From Candidatus Cloacimonadales bacterium (GTDB taxonomy: Bacteria > Cloacimonadota > Cloacimonadia > Cloacimonadales > JAFGVF01), in contig OY762964.1 of NCBI GenBank assembly GCA_963667035.1, forward strand, positions 864,001-928,000: 64,000 nucleotides of DNA, written 5' to 3'. A program made the position numbers and the translations under genes. This document shows, in pieces, positions 38,981-49,232 of this stretch. Each line of letters starts with the position of its first letter. Positions within the stretch are counted from its first letter, which is position 1. The notes under the pieces were generated by a model. The model was not told where the DNA came from. It did not search any database and saw only the letters and a list, made by a program, of their open reading frames with translations.

Positions 38981-39988
38981 ATGCTTGCTAGATTAATACT
39001 CTGTGTTATTAAAGCCACTATTGCTATTGCAGTATTGATAATTTTAGGTAGCATTATTACCCTGTTATTCCAAGGAAAAGCTTCTCTATATAGCTTCATA
39101 ATGGAGAGTGTTGTTAATTTTAACGGGCTGTTAGTTGGAGGATTTGGCTATGGATTGTTGTTTTTTCTTAAATCTAATGGCAAAACAATACTTATCAAGC
39201 TCTTAAATATCATTGAATTAGATTCTGATAGTGCACTATTCTTACAACAACAGTTTAATAGATACATCTCTTGGAAGAGGATCTCACTATCAAGTCTACC
39301 TTTTTACTTGATTGGAAGTGTTGTCCTCATTAACTGTGGGTATCCCTTACATGGTTTTTCAAAATATTATCTAATATTCTTTTCAACGTCAATTTATTTT
39401 GTCGCTTCATTTATTTTCTTTTTCTTCCTATTTGTGATTATATTTTTTATGAAATTGGATTCTCATAATCGAAACATTTCTATAAAAAAAGAGCTTATAT
39501 CCATGGATTTGAATAGTTTCAACATGTTCTTTATCATAACAACAACAGTTGGTATCCTTGCATTGTATCTAGGTTTCAGAGGAACCCTTACAGCTACTTT
39601 TGCTTTAGAAGACTCATTTATCAGAATATTGTTAACTTTACCAATTGTACTATTCATGCCAACAACACTATTATATAGCTTTTATCCTCGCTATGTTCTA
39701 AAGAAGATTAATGAACATACTATCATAGAAAAGTTAAAGTATATTAATCAGACCTATTCTAAGGAATTCTTACAAAACGATACAATAACTCTTAAGGACA
39801 GGCTTGATTTTGAAAGGAATTTAATGGACCTTAAAGATAAGGTTTATTCAGAACTGAAGCAATTCCCCGTATTTAGCTTACGGGATTCATTCTCCATCTT
39901 CATTCTTATTGTATTTTTTATTCAGTTCGTTCTTCACAATGACCCAACGATATCGATATTCTTTAAGAAGATACTTAAGATAATATAG
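38981..39988 (+). CDS. Hypothetical polytopic membrane protein
   Basis: About 7 hydrophobic segments; low GC; no recognised family. Confidence 0.75.
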   Translation: MLARLILCVIKATIAIAVLIILGSIITLLFQGKASLYSFIMESVVNFNGLLVGGFGYGLLFFLKSNGKTILIKLLNIIELDSDSALFLQQQFNRYISWKRISLSSLPFYLIGSVVLINCGYPLHGFSKYYLIFFSTSIYFVASFIFFFFLFVIIFFMKLDSHNRNISIKKELISMDLNSFNMFFIITTTVGILALYLGFRGTLTATFALEDSFIRILLTLPIVLFMPTTLLYSFYPRYVLKKINEHTIIEKLKYINQTYSKEFLQNDTITLKDRLDFERNLMDLKDKVYSELKQFPVFSLRDSFSIFILIVFFIQFVLHNDPTISIFFKKILKII

Positions 39989-41162
39989 ATTTTACAAAGT
40001 TTTTAAAAAGATAATTGTTAGGACTTAGGATTTTCAGTAACTGCTTCTGTTTGAGTATGTCTATAAGATTGAGTTCACCAAAAATGATGTCGAAAACAAG
40101 CTTATCATCTAAGAATTGCATTTGTTCCACGAAATTAGCAAATTTATCTGAATCCCATTTCATCACATCCATGAAAAGCTTTAACTGAAACTTTGTGGCC
40201 AGATTACTAATACCAATATTCTTTAGTGCAAGTAAGTTTTTTCTGTCGGTCCTATTTTCTTTTACCACACAAACTAACTCTTTTGCTAGGTCTTTGTATT
40301 GTTTAAGCATTATAGTAAGAGCGGTTGCTGATGTTGCAGGATTTAACTGACCTGCTTCTCCATAGAAGAATATTTTATTTAAAGCCCTGGTATTAAGATT
40401 TCCAACCGGAATGATGCCATTTACTGAATCATTATCAAAGTAAGTATTATCAAAATAACTTTTCATGTGTGAGTCATTCACAATAAATTCAAATTCCTCT
40501 AGTATCGATTTAGATGAGTATGTACTACTTTGAGTACTGATAATGGCCGCAAAAGCATATTCATTTTTTAATGGGAATAGTTCAAAATATTTAGAAGAGG
40601 ATTGCAATATTATATTTTGAAGCCCTATTGGATTAACTCTTTCTCTTAGCTTAAGTTTCTTCCCAAACATGTGATAGTATCCTTTGATATCAATGATTCC
40701 TTTTGCATTTACAATAGGAGAAGAGTATCCCATACAATCAATTACAAGTTTTACACTATATTTTTTATCTCCGGCAGATATGTTTATTCTATCTTCAACA
40801 TATTCGTAAGAATAAAATTGTGTAGAACACATAACCGGACAATCATTAGCAACAATTGTTTGATAAAGATGATTAATTAGTCGATTCGTATCCCATAAAA
40901 TGTAATTACCAGAACAAGTATATTTAACATTATTGTATCCAACAAAATCTAGATAATCGTATTCATTATCAATGCAGTGAACCAGCTCAGGATTGTCTTT
41001 GATACAATCTTTGTTAGTTAGCCAGTATTTATGAGATGGTATTGATGATTTCTTTTCAATCAATATTATCGAAAGCTCTTTCGACAGTTCACTTGCTAAC
41101 AACAAACCTGATATTCCTGCTCCTAAAATTGCAATGTCAAATTTTGGAGTTTTACAGCCCAT
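39975..41162 (-). CDS. FAD-dependent oxidoreductase (lycopene cyclase/geranylgeranyl reductase-like)
   Basis: DIAILGAGISG Rossmann motif, VIDCMG and YGEAGQLNPATSAT. Confidence 0.75.
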   Translation of the reverse strand: MGCKTPKFDIAILGAGISGLLLASELSKELSIILIEKKSSIPSHKYWLTNKDCIKDNPELVHCIDNEYDYLDFVGYNNVKYTCSGNYILWDTNRLINHLYQTIVANDCPVMCSTQFYSYEYVEDRINISAGDKKYSVKLVIDCMGYSSPIVNAKGIIDIKGYYHMFGKKLKLRERVNPIGLQNIILQSSSKYFELFPLKNEYAFAAIISTQSSTYSSKSILEEFEFIVNDSHMKSYFDNTYFDNDSVNGIIPVGNLNTRALNKIFFYGEAGQLNPATSATALTIMLKQYKDLAKELVCVVKENRTDRKNLLALKNIGISNLATKFQLKLFMDVMKWDSDKFANFVEQMQFLDDKLVFDIIFGELNLIDILKQKQLLKILSPNNYLFKNFVKSILS

Positions 41163-41177
41163 AATTAATAGTTATCC
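41158..41177 (-). repeat. Right inverted repeat, putative tyrosine-recombinase site
   Basis: CCCATAATTAATAGTTATCC; contains the oxidoreductase start codon. Confidence 0.85.
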
Positions 41178-41187
41178 ATTAATCATA

Positions 41188-41600
41188 TCATGCCTCCTTT
41201 AGCGTTGAGAAAGATCTGCGGGGATGTTTTGAATTCATAATCTTCTTTTAAATCTTACGTTTACATGCGTATAAACATAAGTAGTACTGATTGAGCTATG
41301 TCATAGAAAATGTTGGATATACTTAATATCAACGCCTACTTCAAAGAGGAGAGTTGCGAAGGTATGCCTGATGTATGTGAAGTAACAGTTTTATTAATCT
41401 TAGCGATTTTGACACACTTTTTTTATCATTAATCTTAGAGACTAATCAGAGATAGGATTTACAGCAATTATATCTTCAAACTCAAGATAATTAAGAAATG
41501 TTTTCAATGAGGAGTCTTTCCTTTTTGCACACTTGACCTTGTATGCTTTCTTGAAATTATGCTAATAAAGGCCTAAATGACTTTAGTAATTCATGAAACA
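41188..41600 (-). pseudogene. Decayed tyrosine recombinase
   Basis: Fragments KRK..SLKTFLNYLEFEDIIAVNP, ISD*SLRLMIKK, VTSHT/HTFATLLFEVGVDIKYIQHFL*HSSISTTYVYTHV and KHPR; stops, frameshifts and an internal deletion; 5' limit approximate. Confidence 0.88.
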
Positions 41601-41618
41601 TTTAGCAAGGTGCGAGTA

Positions 41619-41810
41619 TCAATCAAACATAAAAATCTCTTCTATAGGTAAGTTAAACACTTTGGCAATATCGTATGCGAGCTTAAGTGACGGATTATAT
41701 TTTCCTTTCTCAAGAAAGACAATTGTCTCCCTTCTCACATTTACCATTTTAGCCAATTGACTCTGGGTTAAATTATCTCGGGCTCTTAGCTCTTTAATTC
41801 TTGTTTTCAT
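41619..41810 (-). CDS. XRE-family HTH regulator
   Basis: [25 protein letters not shown] pattern. Confidence 0.93.
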   Translation of the reverse strand: MKTRIKELRARDNLTQSQLAKMVNVRRETIVFLEKGKYNPSLKLAYDIAKVFNLPIEEIFMFD

Positions 41811-42204
41811 TAAACGTCATCCTAACTATAGTGTAACTGATAAGAAAGGTTAAAGCACTTATTAAGAATCCAAATATCAGAAGGGACTTGGAGAAATCTG
41901 CTTTTTCTGCATAACGATAAATCTCTAACCAAACAAATAGATTAAGAGCTCCCGCATAAGTATTTGCTTTGTTTCTGATTTTCATAGTCAATTCGTCGTC
42001 GTCAGGTTCTCCAGTTCTCTTATTTTTGTATGCTATAAATGCTCCGTAAATGATGACAACTAAACCCGTGATTAGGTAAACAGTCTCTAAAAAGCTTGTT
42101 TTATCAAGCATTCCACTTACTTCAATAACTTTTAATAATACAGCCATCACTATCTGGTGTACTAATACTACTACTCCGACTAATACTAATTTCTTTGCTT
42201 TCAT
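41794..42204 (-). CDS. Membrane protein (DUF2178-like) paired with the XRE regulator
   Basis: Four TM segments; [12 protein letters not shown] motif. Confidence 0.7.
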   Translation of the reverse strand: MKAKKLVLVGVVVLVHQIVMAVLLKVIEVSGMLDKTSFLETVYLITGLVVIIYGAFIAYKNKRTGEPDDDELTMKIRNKANTYAGALNLFVWLEIYRYAEKADFSKSLLIFGFLISALTFLISYTIVRMTFNENKN

Positions 42205-42457
42205 ATCTTCACCTTATGTTATAAATATATAACAAGATGTTAGAAATAGTTAATAATAGTCAAGAAGAAAATTATGTAATGTTTCTTTATCCTCCTGGAG
42301 ATACAATCCTTTTTAGGATATATCGGGAGTAATAAGAAGAGTGTGTAAACTTCAATTTGTTATCAAGTACTTTTAAAATGCAATACTGGGATTTGTGGAT
42401 CGTGATTTCTATAAAACATTTGACAAACAGCATCGTTAAAATATAGATGACTCAATT

Positions 42458-42568
42458 CTGTTTTCGGGGCTGGGTGAAATTCCCGACCGGTGGTAAAGTC
42501 CACGAGCCGAAAGGTTGAATTGGTGAAATTCCAATACCGACAGTTAAAGTCTGGAGGAGAGAAAACAG
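42458..42568 (+). ncRNA. FMN riboswitch (RFN element)
   Basis: TTCGGGGCTGGGTGAAATTCCCGACCGGTGGT...ACCGACAGTTAAAGTCTGGAGGAGAGAA upstream of the rib operon. Confidence 0.97.
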
Positions 42569-42608
42569 TTCTTAACTCGTTCCAAGCCCCGGTGCGAGGT
42601 TTTTTATT

Positions 42609-43700
42609 ATGTGCAAAAAATTTATGAAACGAGCCCTTGAACTTGCAAAAGAGTTTGAAGGACGTACAACTCCCAATCCGATGGTAGGAGCCGTATTGGT
42701 AAAAGACGGTGTAATTATCGGAGAAGCAGCTCACCACAAAGCAGGTGAACCCCATGCGGAGGTTAATGCAATTAACAGTGCAACCTGCTCCCCTTCCGGT
42801 TCAACCCTTTATGTCACCTTAGAGCCATGTTCTCATTACGGGAAAACACCACCTTGTGCTGATTTGATTATCAAATCGGAGATTGCTGAAGTTTATGTAG
42901 CGATGACTGATCCTAATCCTCTTGTAAATGGAAAAGGGATTAAGAAGATGCAAGATGCAGGGATAGTAGTACACGTGGGATTATTGGAAAGTGAAGCTGA
43001 GCAGTTAAACGAAGTCTTTATCCATAACGTCACAAAGAAAAGGGCTCATTTTGCTTTGAAAACTGCGATAAGTTTAGACGGCAAAATTGCTACTTCCGGA
43101 ATGGATTCCAAATGGATAACATGCGAAGCTTCCCGTAAGGAAACTCATCGACTTAGAAGTATTTATGATGCAATTCTTGTTGGTAAGAATACCTTTATCA
43201 AGGATAATCCTTCCTTGAACATCAGATTTGATTATCAAGTCATGAAAGAACCCGATAAAATAATCTTGGTAGATAAGTGGGAATGGGAGAAAGATGTCAT
43301 TGTTTCAAGCAATGCTTATCAAACACTTAGCACCAACAAGCTCTACTTTGCCGTGCCACTTTCCGAAATTGAAAAGGCAAGGTCTATTACAAAGCTAATT
43401 GATAAAGTAGATATTATTCCATTCAATAGTTTTAGCGATTTGCCGGAAATACTATATGATATTGGTGTAATGAGTGTGTTCATTGAAGGTGGAAGTGGAG
43501 TTTACAATAGTTCTGTTAAAGTAGGAATGATTAATAAATACTATTTGTTTAATGCCCCGATACTACTTGGCAATGAAGGAATAGGTTGGAGTGGAAATCT
43601 TGGTATTGCCACTGTGAAAGATAGCATAAGATTAAAAATAGCTAAAGTAATTCGGTTTGATACCGATACATTAACTATTTTGTATCCTGAGGAGAACTAA
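42609..43700 (+). CDS. ribD: Riboflavin biosynthesis deaminase/reductase
   Basis: PNPMVGAV, HAE, LEPCSHYGKTPPC and EGG motifs. Confidence 0.97.
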   Translation: MCKKFMKRALELAKEFEGRTTPNPMVGAVLVKDGVIIGEAAHHKAGEPHAEVNAINSATCSPSGSTLYVTLEPCSHYGKTPPCADLIIKSEIAEVYVAMTDPNPLVNGKGIKKMQDAGIVVHVGLLESEAEQLNEVFIHNVTKKRAHFALKTAISLDGKIATSGMDSKWITCEASRKETHRLRSIYDAILVGKNTFIKDNPSLNIRFDYQVMKEPDKIILVDKWEWEKDVIVSSNAYQTLSTNKLYFAVPLSEIEKARSITKLIDKVDIIPFNSFSDLPEILYDIGVMSVFIEGGSGVYNSSVKVGMINKYYLFNAPILLGNEGIGWSGNLGIATVKDSIRLKIAKVIRFDTDTLTILYPEEN

Positions 43701-44341
43701 TGTTTACAGGTATAATAGAAGAAATAGGGAAAGTTAAAAGCTTCTCGCAAGGTTCGGATGCATGTATTATAGAAATCTGTGCCGAAAGAGTCTTGGAAGA
43801 GACTAAGATTGGTGACAGTATATCTGTAAATGGGATATGTTTGACGGTTATAGGTTTGGGGATTGATAGTTTTACTGCGGATGTAATGCCTGTAACAATC
43901 GAGAAATCATCTTTAAAAGGAGTTGCTCCCGGAATGGAAGTTAATCTTGAAAGAGCACTTACTCCTTCAACAAGAATGGGTGGTCATATTGTATCAGGAC
44001 ATGTTGATGCAGTTGGGACTATAATATCAGTAAAGACTCTAGGCAATGCAGTGCTGTATGGAATTGAGGTTGAGACCGATGTGATAAAATTTATGATACC
44101 AGAGGGTTCAATAGCAATAGACGGAATTAGTTTAACGATTGCCGAGTTATCCGACAGAGTTGTTACAGTGTCAATTATACCCACTACCAGAAAAGAAACA
44201 GTTTTACAGTACAAAGAAGTGGGCGATAAGGTTAATATAGAAAGTGATGTGATTGGTAAATATGTCTGGTATCAGACAAATAATGAACGAGAAGAAAGTA
44301 AGATTACAAAATCATTCTTGGCAGAGAACGGATTTATATAG
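43700..44341 (+). CDS. ribE: Riboflavin synthase alpha chain
   Basis: MFTGIIEE and GGHIVSGHVD motifs. Confidence 0.97.
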   Translation: MFTGIIEEIGKVKSFSQGSDACIIEICAERVLEETKIGDSISVNGICLTVIGLGIDSFTADVMPVTIEKSSLKGVAPGMEVNLERALTPSTRMGGHIVSGHVDAVGTIISVKTLGNAVLYGIEVETDVIKFMIPEGSIAIDGISLTIAELSDRVVTVSIIPTTRKETVLQYKEVGDKVNIESDVIGKYVWYQTNNEREESKITKSFLAENGFI

Positions 44342-44354
44342 GTTAGGAGTAGAG

Positions 44355-45590
44355 ATGGAAGAAATTAAATTAAACACAATTGATGAAGCAATTGAAGATA
44401 TAAAGCAAGGAAAATTAATAATTGTTGTTGATGATGAAGATAGAGAAAACGAAGGTGACTTTGTTATGGCAACTGAATTGGTTACACCCGAAGCTGTAAA
44501 TTTCATGATTACACATGGTAAGGGACTTGTCTGTGTCTCTATGCCGGAACAGGAGCTTACACGATTAGGTATTGACCTGATGGTTTCAAAGAATTCCGAT
44601 TCCTTTAAAACAGCTTTTACAACTTCTGTAGACCATGTTACAACAAAAACGGGAATCTCAGCTTTTGAAAGAGCCGAAACACTTAAACAGTTAACTAATC
44701 CCGAATCAAAACCGGCTGATTTTAATCGTCCCGGACACATATTTCCGCTACAAGTTCAACACGGGGGAGTGTTATCTCGTCCCGGACATACGGAAGCATC
44801 TTCAGATTTAGCTAAAATGGCGGGATTATTCCCTTCCGGGACTATATGCGAAATAGTTAATCCGGATGGAACTATGGCAAGATTGCCTCAGATTATGAAG
44901 TATGCTAAAGAATGGAATTTGAAAGTTGTATCCGTTGCTGAATTGATAGATTACATTAAGAAGAATAATGTAAAACTATATTCAGAGAGAAAATACGATG
45001 CAAGACTGCTAGCCGAGTCAACTCTTCCTACTGCTTTTGGTGAGTTCAATCTTTTTGCATTTGATAACTTTGGTTCCGACGAACCTAATTTAGCCTTGAT
45101 TAAAGGAAATCCGTCAGACTTTAAAGATGATGTATTAGTTAGAGTTCATTCCGAGTGCTTTACAGGAGATATATTTGCCTCAAGCAGGTGTGATTGCGGT
45201 GCTCAGTTACACGAATCAATGAGAAGAATCCAGGAAGCAGGACAAGGAATGATAATCTACTTGCGTCAAGAGGGTAGAGGTATCGGGCTTGTAAATAAGA
45301 TAAGAGCTTATAAGCTACAAGAAGGTGGCTATGATACTGTTGAAGCGAATCATAAGTTAGGATTTGCTTCCGACTTAAGAGATTTCAAATCCGCTGCCGA
45401 TATTTTAAAGTTCTTCGGAGTTAACAGCATCAGATTGTTAACCAATAATCCCCTAAAAATTAAAGATCTGGAAAAGCATGGTATAAAGGTAACAAGTAGA
45501 GAAGAAATTGAGATACCGGCTCATCACGGTAACCATAACTATTTGAAAACAAAAAAAGAAAAAATGAATCATATATTGAAACTTGTATAG
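44355..45590 (+). CDS. ribBA: DHBP synthase/GTP cyclohydrolase II
   Basis: [10 protein letters not shown] and [13 protein letters not shown] motifs; AGGAG RBS before 44355. Confidence 0.97.
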   Translation: MEEIKLNTIDEAIEDIKQGKLIIVVDDEDRENEGDFVMATELVTPEAVNFMITHGKGLVCVSMPEQELTRLGIDLMVSKNSDSFKTAFTTSVDHVTTKTGISAFERAETLKQLTNPESKPADFNRPGHIFPLQVQHGGVLSRPGHTEASSDLAKMAGLFPSGTICEIVNPDGTMARLPQIMKYAKEWNLKVVSVAELIDYIKKNNVKLYSERKYDARLLAESTLPTAFGEFNLFAFDNFGSDEPNLALIKGNPSDFKDDVLVRVHSECFTGDIFASSRCDCGAQLHESMRRIQEAGQGMIIYLRQEGRGIGLVNKIRAYKLQEGGYDTVEANHKLGFASDLRDFKSAADILKFFGVNSIRLLTNNPLKIKDLEKHGIKVTSREEIEIPAHHGNHNYLKTKKEKMNHILKLV

Positions 45591-45601
45591 TGGAGGATAA
45601 A

Positions 45602-46066
45602 ATGGCAAATGTAATTGAAGGAAAACTGATAGGAAAAGGTTTAAAAATCGCTATTGTATGCGGTAGATTTAATGAGTTTATATCATCAAAGCTTTTAAGC
45701 GGTGCAATGGATGCATTGGTTCGTCATGATGTTAATGAAGCTGATATAGATGTGCTTTGGGTTCCCGGTTCTTTTGAGATACCTTTAGCAGCTCTGAAAG
45801 CAGCTTCAACTAAAAAGTATGATGCAATAATCTGTCTTGGGGCAGTAATTAAAGGTGCTACACCACACTTTGATTATGTATCTGCAGAAGTAAGCAAAGG
45901 AATTGCAAAAGTTATGATGGAGTACTCTATACCTGTAAGTTTTGGCGTACTTACTACTAATACAATAGAACAAGCAATTGAAAGAGCAGGAACCAAAGCC
46001 GGAAACAAAGGCTGGGATAGTGCAGTTAGTGCTATCGAAATGGCAAACTTGCTCAAAAACATGTAA
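45602..46066 (+). CDS. ribH: Lumazine synthase
   Basis: [16 protein letters not shown] and GTKAGNKG motifs. Confidence 0.97.
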   Translation: MANVIEGKLIGKGLKIAIVCGRFNEFISSKLLSGAMDALVRHDVNEADIDVLWVPGSFEIPLAALKAASTKKYDAIICLGAVIKGATPHFDYVSAEVSKGIAKVMMEYSIPVSFGVLTTNTIEQAIERAGTKAGNKGWDSAVSAIEMANLLKNM

Positions 46067-46115
46067 TAAAGCTATTAGGGATGTTCGTTAAGAGCATCCC
46101 GTATTTTGGTGTAAT

Positions 46116-46853
46116 ATGATTTTTAATAGAACAGAAATGCTCTTTGGAAAGGAAGCTGTCGGTAAGTTCAAAGAAGTTAAAGTCGCTGTATTCGGATTGG
46201 GAGGAGTAGGATCTTATGCTTGCGAGAGTCTTGCCAGAAGCGGTTTTATGAAATTTGTCCTTATTGATTTTGATACTGTCGATATAACTAACATAAACAG
46301 ACAGAACATTGCACTTCATTCTACTTTAGGGAAAGCAAAGACAGAGGTCATGTGTGAACGCCTATTAGATATAAATCCCGATTGTGAGATTGAGCTTTTC
46401 AATGAGTTTGCTGATGTGAATACTCGCAATAAGATGCTATCTAATGGTGTAGACTTTGTAGTTGATGCAATTGATAGTTTGAATCCCAAAGTCGGACTTC
46501 TGGAAGATGTATACAATCTTGGAATCCCAATCATTAGCTCAATGGGTGCCGGGAATAGAATTGATCCTGCTATGGTCAGATTGGATGATGTTTTTAAGTC
46601 TCAGAACTGTCCCTTAGCTTCAAGAGTACGAAAATACTTAAGAAGAAGAGGTATCACAAGCGGAATACCATGTGTATATTCAACAGAAAAACCGGTGACA
46701 TTAGAGCTTGAGAATGATGCAAAGAATGAAGTTAGCAGAGGAAGGCAACGTGTACCTGTAGGTTCGGTTTCATATATGACTGCGATTATGGGATTGTGGG
46801 TGTCATCTTATGTTATTAGAACTATTGCTGAGAAATTGGGGAGTTCTGAATAA
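46116..46853 (+). CDS. tcdA: tRNA threonylcarbamoyladenosine dehydratase (ThiF family)
   Basis: GLGGVGS, TNINRQ, VDAID and SSMGAG motifs. Confidence 0.88.
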   Translation: MIFNRTEMLFGKEAVGKFKEVKVAVFGLGGVGSYACESLARSGFMKFVLIDFDTVDITNINRQNIALHSTLGKAKTEVMCERLLDINPDCEIELFNEFADVNTRNKMLSNGVDFVVDAIDSLNPKVGLLEDVYNLGIPIISSMGAGNRIDPAMVRLDDVFKSQNCPLASRVRKYLRRRGITSGIPCVYSTEKPVTLELENDAKNEVSRGRQRVPVGSVSYMTAIMGLWVSSYVIRTIAEKLGSSE

Positions 46854-47196
46854 AAGAGGGAGTTGGTCAGCTTCGGGACATAGCTTTTAGCCAAGATTGG
46901 CATGAGAGGAAAAGATTTCCGGGAATTGCAAATAGTCAGTAGCACGAGTCTTTAAGAACAATAGTGAGTTCGACTCCAAATGTACATACAAAGAAATGTG
47001 TATTGATGAAATGATAATGAATGATTAGAATTAATAAACCAATGCTTAGGTGTTGGTCTATTTCATATTTATGTTTAGATACTGTTTTGTGTTGTGTAAT
47101 CCCAAACTATATATGAATGAGTATTTAGTATTAACTTTTCCTTGACGTTTAGAATTAGCTTTGTTAATGCATATCTAAATCACTTAAGAGGGAAAC

Positions 47197-48243
47197 ATGA
47201 AAAAACTTATTCTTATCTGTTTGCTCAGTCTCATTCTATTAGGATTGGGTGCTAATACTTCTATTAGAGATATTAGGTTTGGTTACTATGATTTTGGTGC
47301 AAGAATAGTTATTGAAACAGATGCTACTACCGATTATAGTTATGATGTTGTTAACAGTGAGTTGAAGTTAAGGATTAATTCCAAGTCATCTCAAGCTATC
47401 TCTGAGATTAAACCTAAAACAAAGTTTATAGATGCTTTTCAGGTTAGTGGAGATGACTCTGAAACATATATCACGGTTGGAACCAGATTTTTAAGAAGAC
47501 CAAGTATTTTTACTCTTTCAGGCAAGCCTTTTAAGATAGTTATCGACTTATTATGTGAGCCTTCTAAAAATGCCTATACAAACGATTTAGGTATTGCAAA
47601 ATATCTTATGAATCTTGGAATGAGAAAACAAGCCGGTGATGAGTTCGAGAAGATAGAGCAAAACTATCCGGATAAAAAAGACTTTTATTTCTATTATGCT
47701 ATGAATGATTTGAAACTATCTAATAAAGATGATGCGATAAATCATTTTAAAATGGTAGAGTCTGATGATAGAAACTATCCTGAAGTTGTTAATAATCTGA
47801 AAAAACTGGGTGTTAATATTCCTGAAAAAACAGAACGAGTTGCAGACGTTCCGGTTCCGGAAGTTAAAGAGGTTGAAGAAACTTTAGCAATGGATGTGCC
47901 TGTTGAGATTCAGAAGGAGAGAGTTAATCAATTAGAAGATATAAGTGATTCTACTTCCGTTATAGACCCGTCATTCTTTAAGTCACCTTTCTGGTATCTT
48001 ACCTTAGTTTTATTCATTATCGTTGCTGGTTCTACTATTTTCTTCTTTATTAGAAAAAGTGCTTTTAAATCCAAGTTTGATGAGTCGGACATAAAGTTCA
48101 ATAGTGCTCATGACCTCCAAAGCAAACAAGATGCTATTAGAAAACTCTATAACCAAGGTTGGAGTGTTAAAGCCATATCTAAAGAATTGAATGTAGACCA
48201 GGAAGATGTATATCTGACAATTGAAGACGATCAAAAGGTATAA
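47197..48243 (+). CDS. Hypothetical protein: signal peptide, AMIN-like and TPR regions, TM helix, C-terminal HTH-like tail
   Basis: RIVIE..KIVIDL pattern; TM near aa 265-285; LYNQGWSVKAISKELNV. Confidence 0.65.
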   Translation: MKKLILICLLSLILLGLGANTSIRDIRFGYYDFGARIVIETDATTDYSYDVVNSELKLRINSKSSQAISEIKPKTKFIDAFQVSGDDSETYITVGTRFLRRPSIFTLSGKPFKIVIDLLCEPSKNAYTNDLGIAKYLMNLGMRKQAGDEFEKIEQNYPDKKDFYFYYAMNDLKLSNKDDAINHFKMVESDDRNYPEVVNNLKKLGVNIPEKTERVADVPVPEVKEVEETLAMDVPVEIQKERVNQLEDISDSTSVIDPSFFKSPFWYLTLVLFIIVAGSTIFFFIRKSAFKSKFDESDIKFNSAHDLQSKQDAIRKLYNQGWSVKAISKELNVDQEDVYLTIEDDQKV

Positions 48244-48248
48244 GCTAA

Positions 48249-49232
48249 TTGAGAGTATTAATTATCAGGATGAGTTCTCTGGGAGATATAATCCTAACGG
48301 AACCGATTACAGCACTTGTTAAGTCTCAATATCCTGATTCTGTGATAGAGTATCTTACTAAACCGACATTTAAAGAACTAGTTGAAATGTTCCCTCATGT
48401 AGATAAAGTTCATACGGAATACAAAGATATTGCATATCTAAAGAAGTTAGGACATTTTGATTATGCAATTGATTTGCATGGAAAGCTGAGTTCTTATATT
48501 GCTATAAAAGCAGTTAGAGCGAAGCAGAAATACACTTATAAGAAACAGCATTTCCTTAGACAAGCTATAGTTGCAAAGAGAACCGATAGAACAATAGGCT
48601 CAACAATTGATTTATATGCAACTGCTGTTTCATCTTTTGTTAATACGAAAGAGATGCCCTTTCCTAAACTTATAGTACCCGCAAGAAAACGTAACAATGA
48701 AAGAGATGTGAATCTCAGAGTTGGGGTGTTTCCGGGAGCTAGCTTCAACACAAAGCGTTGGCTGACAGAATATTTCAAAACAACTATAGATAAACTTATC
48801 AGTGAAGACGGAGTTGAAATAACTTTACTTGGATCAAAAGATGAGTACGATTTATGTAGCTCTATAGCCAAAATGAATCCCTCAAGATGTGAGAATAAAG
48901 CAGGAGAGTTTAGCTTTAGGCAACTAGCAGAAGAAGTAGATAAATTTGATTTATTGATAACAAATGATAGTGGACCGATGCACTTAGCATCAGCTTTATC
49001 AAAACCATTGATTGCTATTTTTGGTGCAACACATCCAAAACTCGGTTTTGCTCCTTTAAATGATAAAGCGATTGTGTTGACTAAAGATTATCCTTGCCAG
49101 CCTTGCTCATTGCATGGGGGCGATAGATGTCCTCTTAAGCATTTCAGGTGTATGCAGGATATTAAGCCTAATGAAGTTTTAAAAGCAGTTAGAAAACTGA
49201 TTGGAGTTATTGATGCTGAAAGAAACAGTTAA
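48249..49232 (+). CDS. GT9 LPS heptosyltransferase
   Basis: SSLGDI, DLHG, PGAS..KRW and NDSGPMHLA motifs. Confidence 0.93.
   Translation: MRVLIIRMSSLGDIILTEPITALVKSQYPDSVIEYLTKPTFKELVEMFPHVDKVHTEYKDIAYLKKLGHFDYAIDLHGKLSSYIAIKAVRAKQKYTYKKQHFLRQAIVAKRTDRTIGSTIDLYATAVSSFVNTKEMPFPKLIVPARKRNNERDVNLRVGVFPGASFNTKRWLTEYFKTTIDKLISEDGVEITLLGSKDEYDLCSSIAKMNPSRCENKAGEFSFRQLAEEVDKFDLLITNDSGPMHLASALSKPLIAIFGATHPKLGFAPLNDKAIVLTKDYPCQPCSLHGGDRCPLKHFRCMQDIKPNEVLKAVRKLIGVIDAERNS

Noticed and set aside
42363..42755. 130-aa minus-strand ORF
   Set aside because: It is antisense to the FMN riboswitch and ribD.
46955..46980. tRNA suggested by GTTCGACTCC
   Set aside because: No full T-stem, acceptor stem or cloverleaf can be formed.
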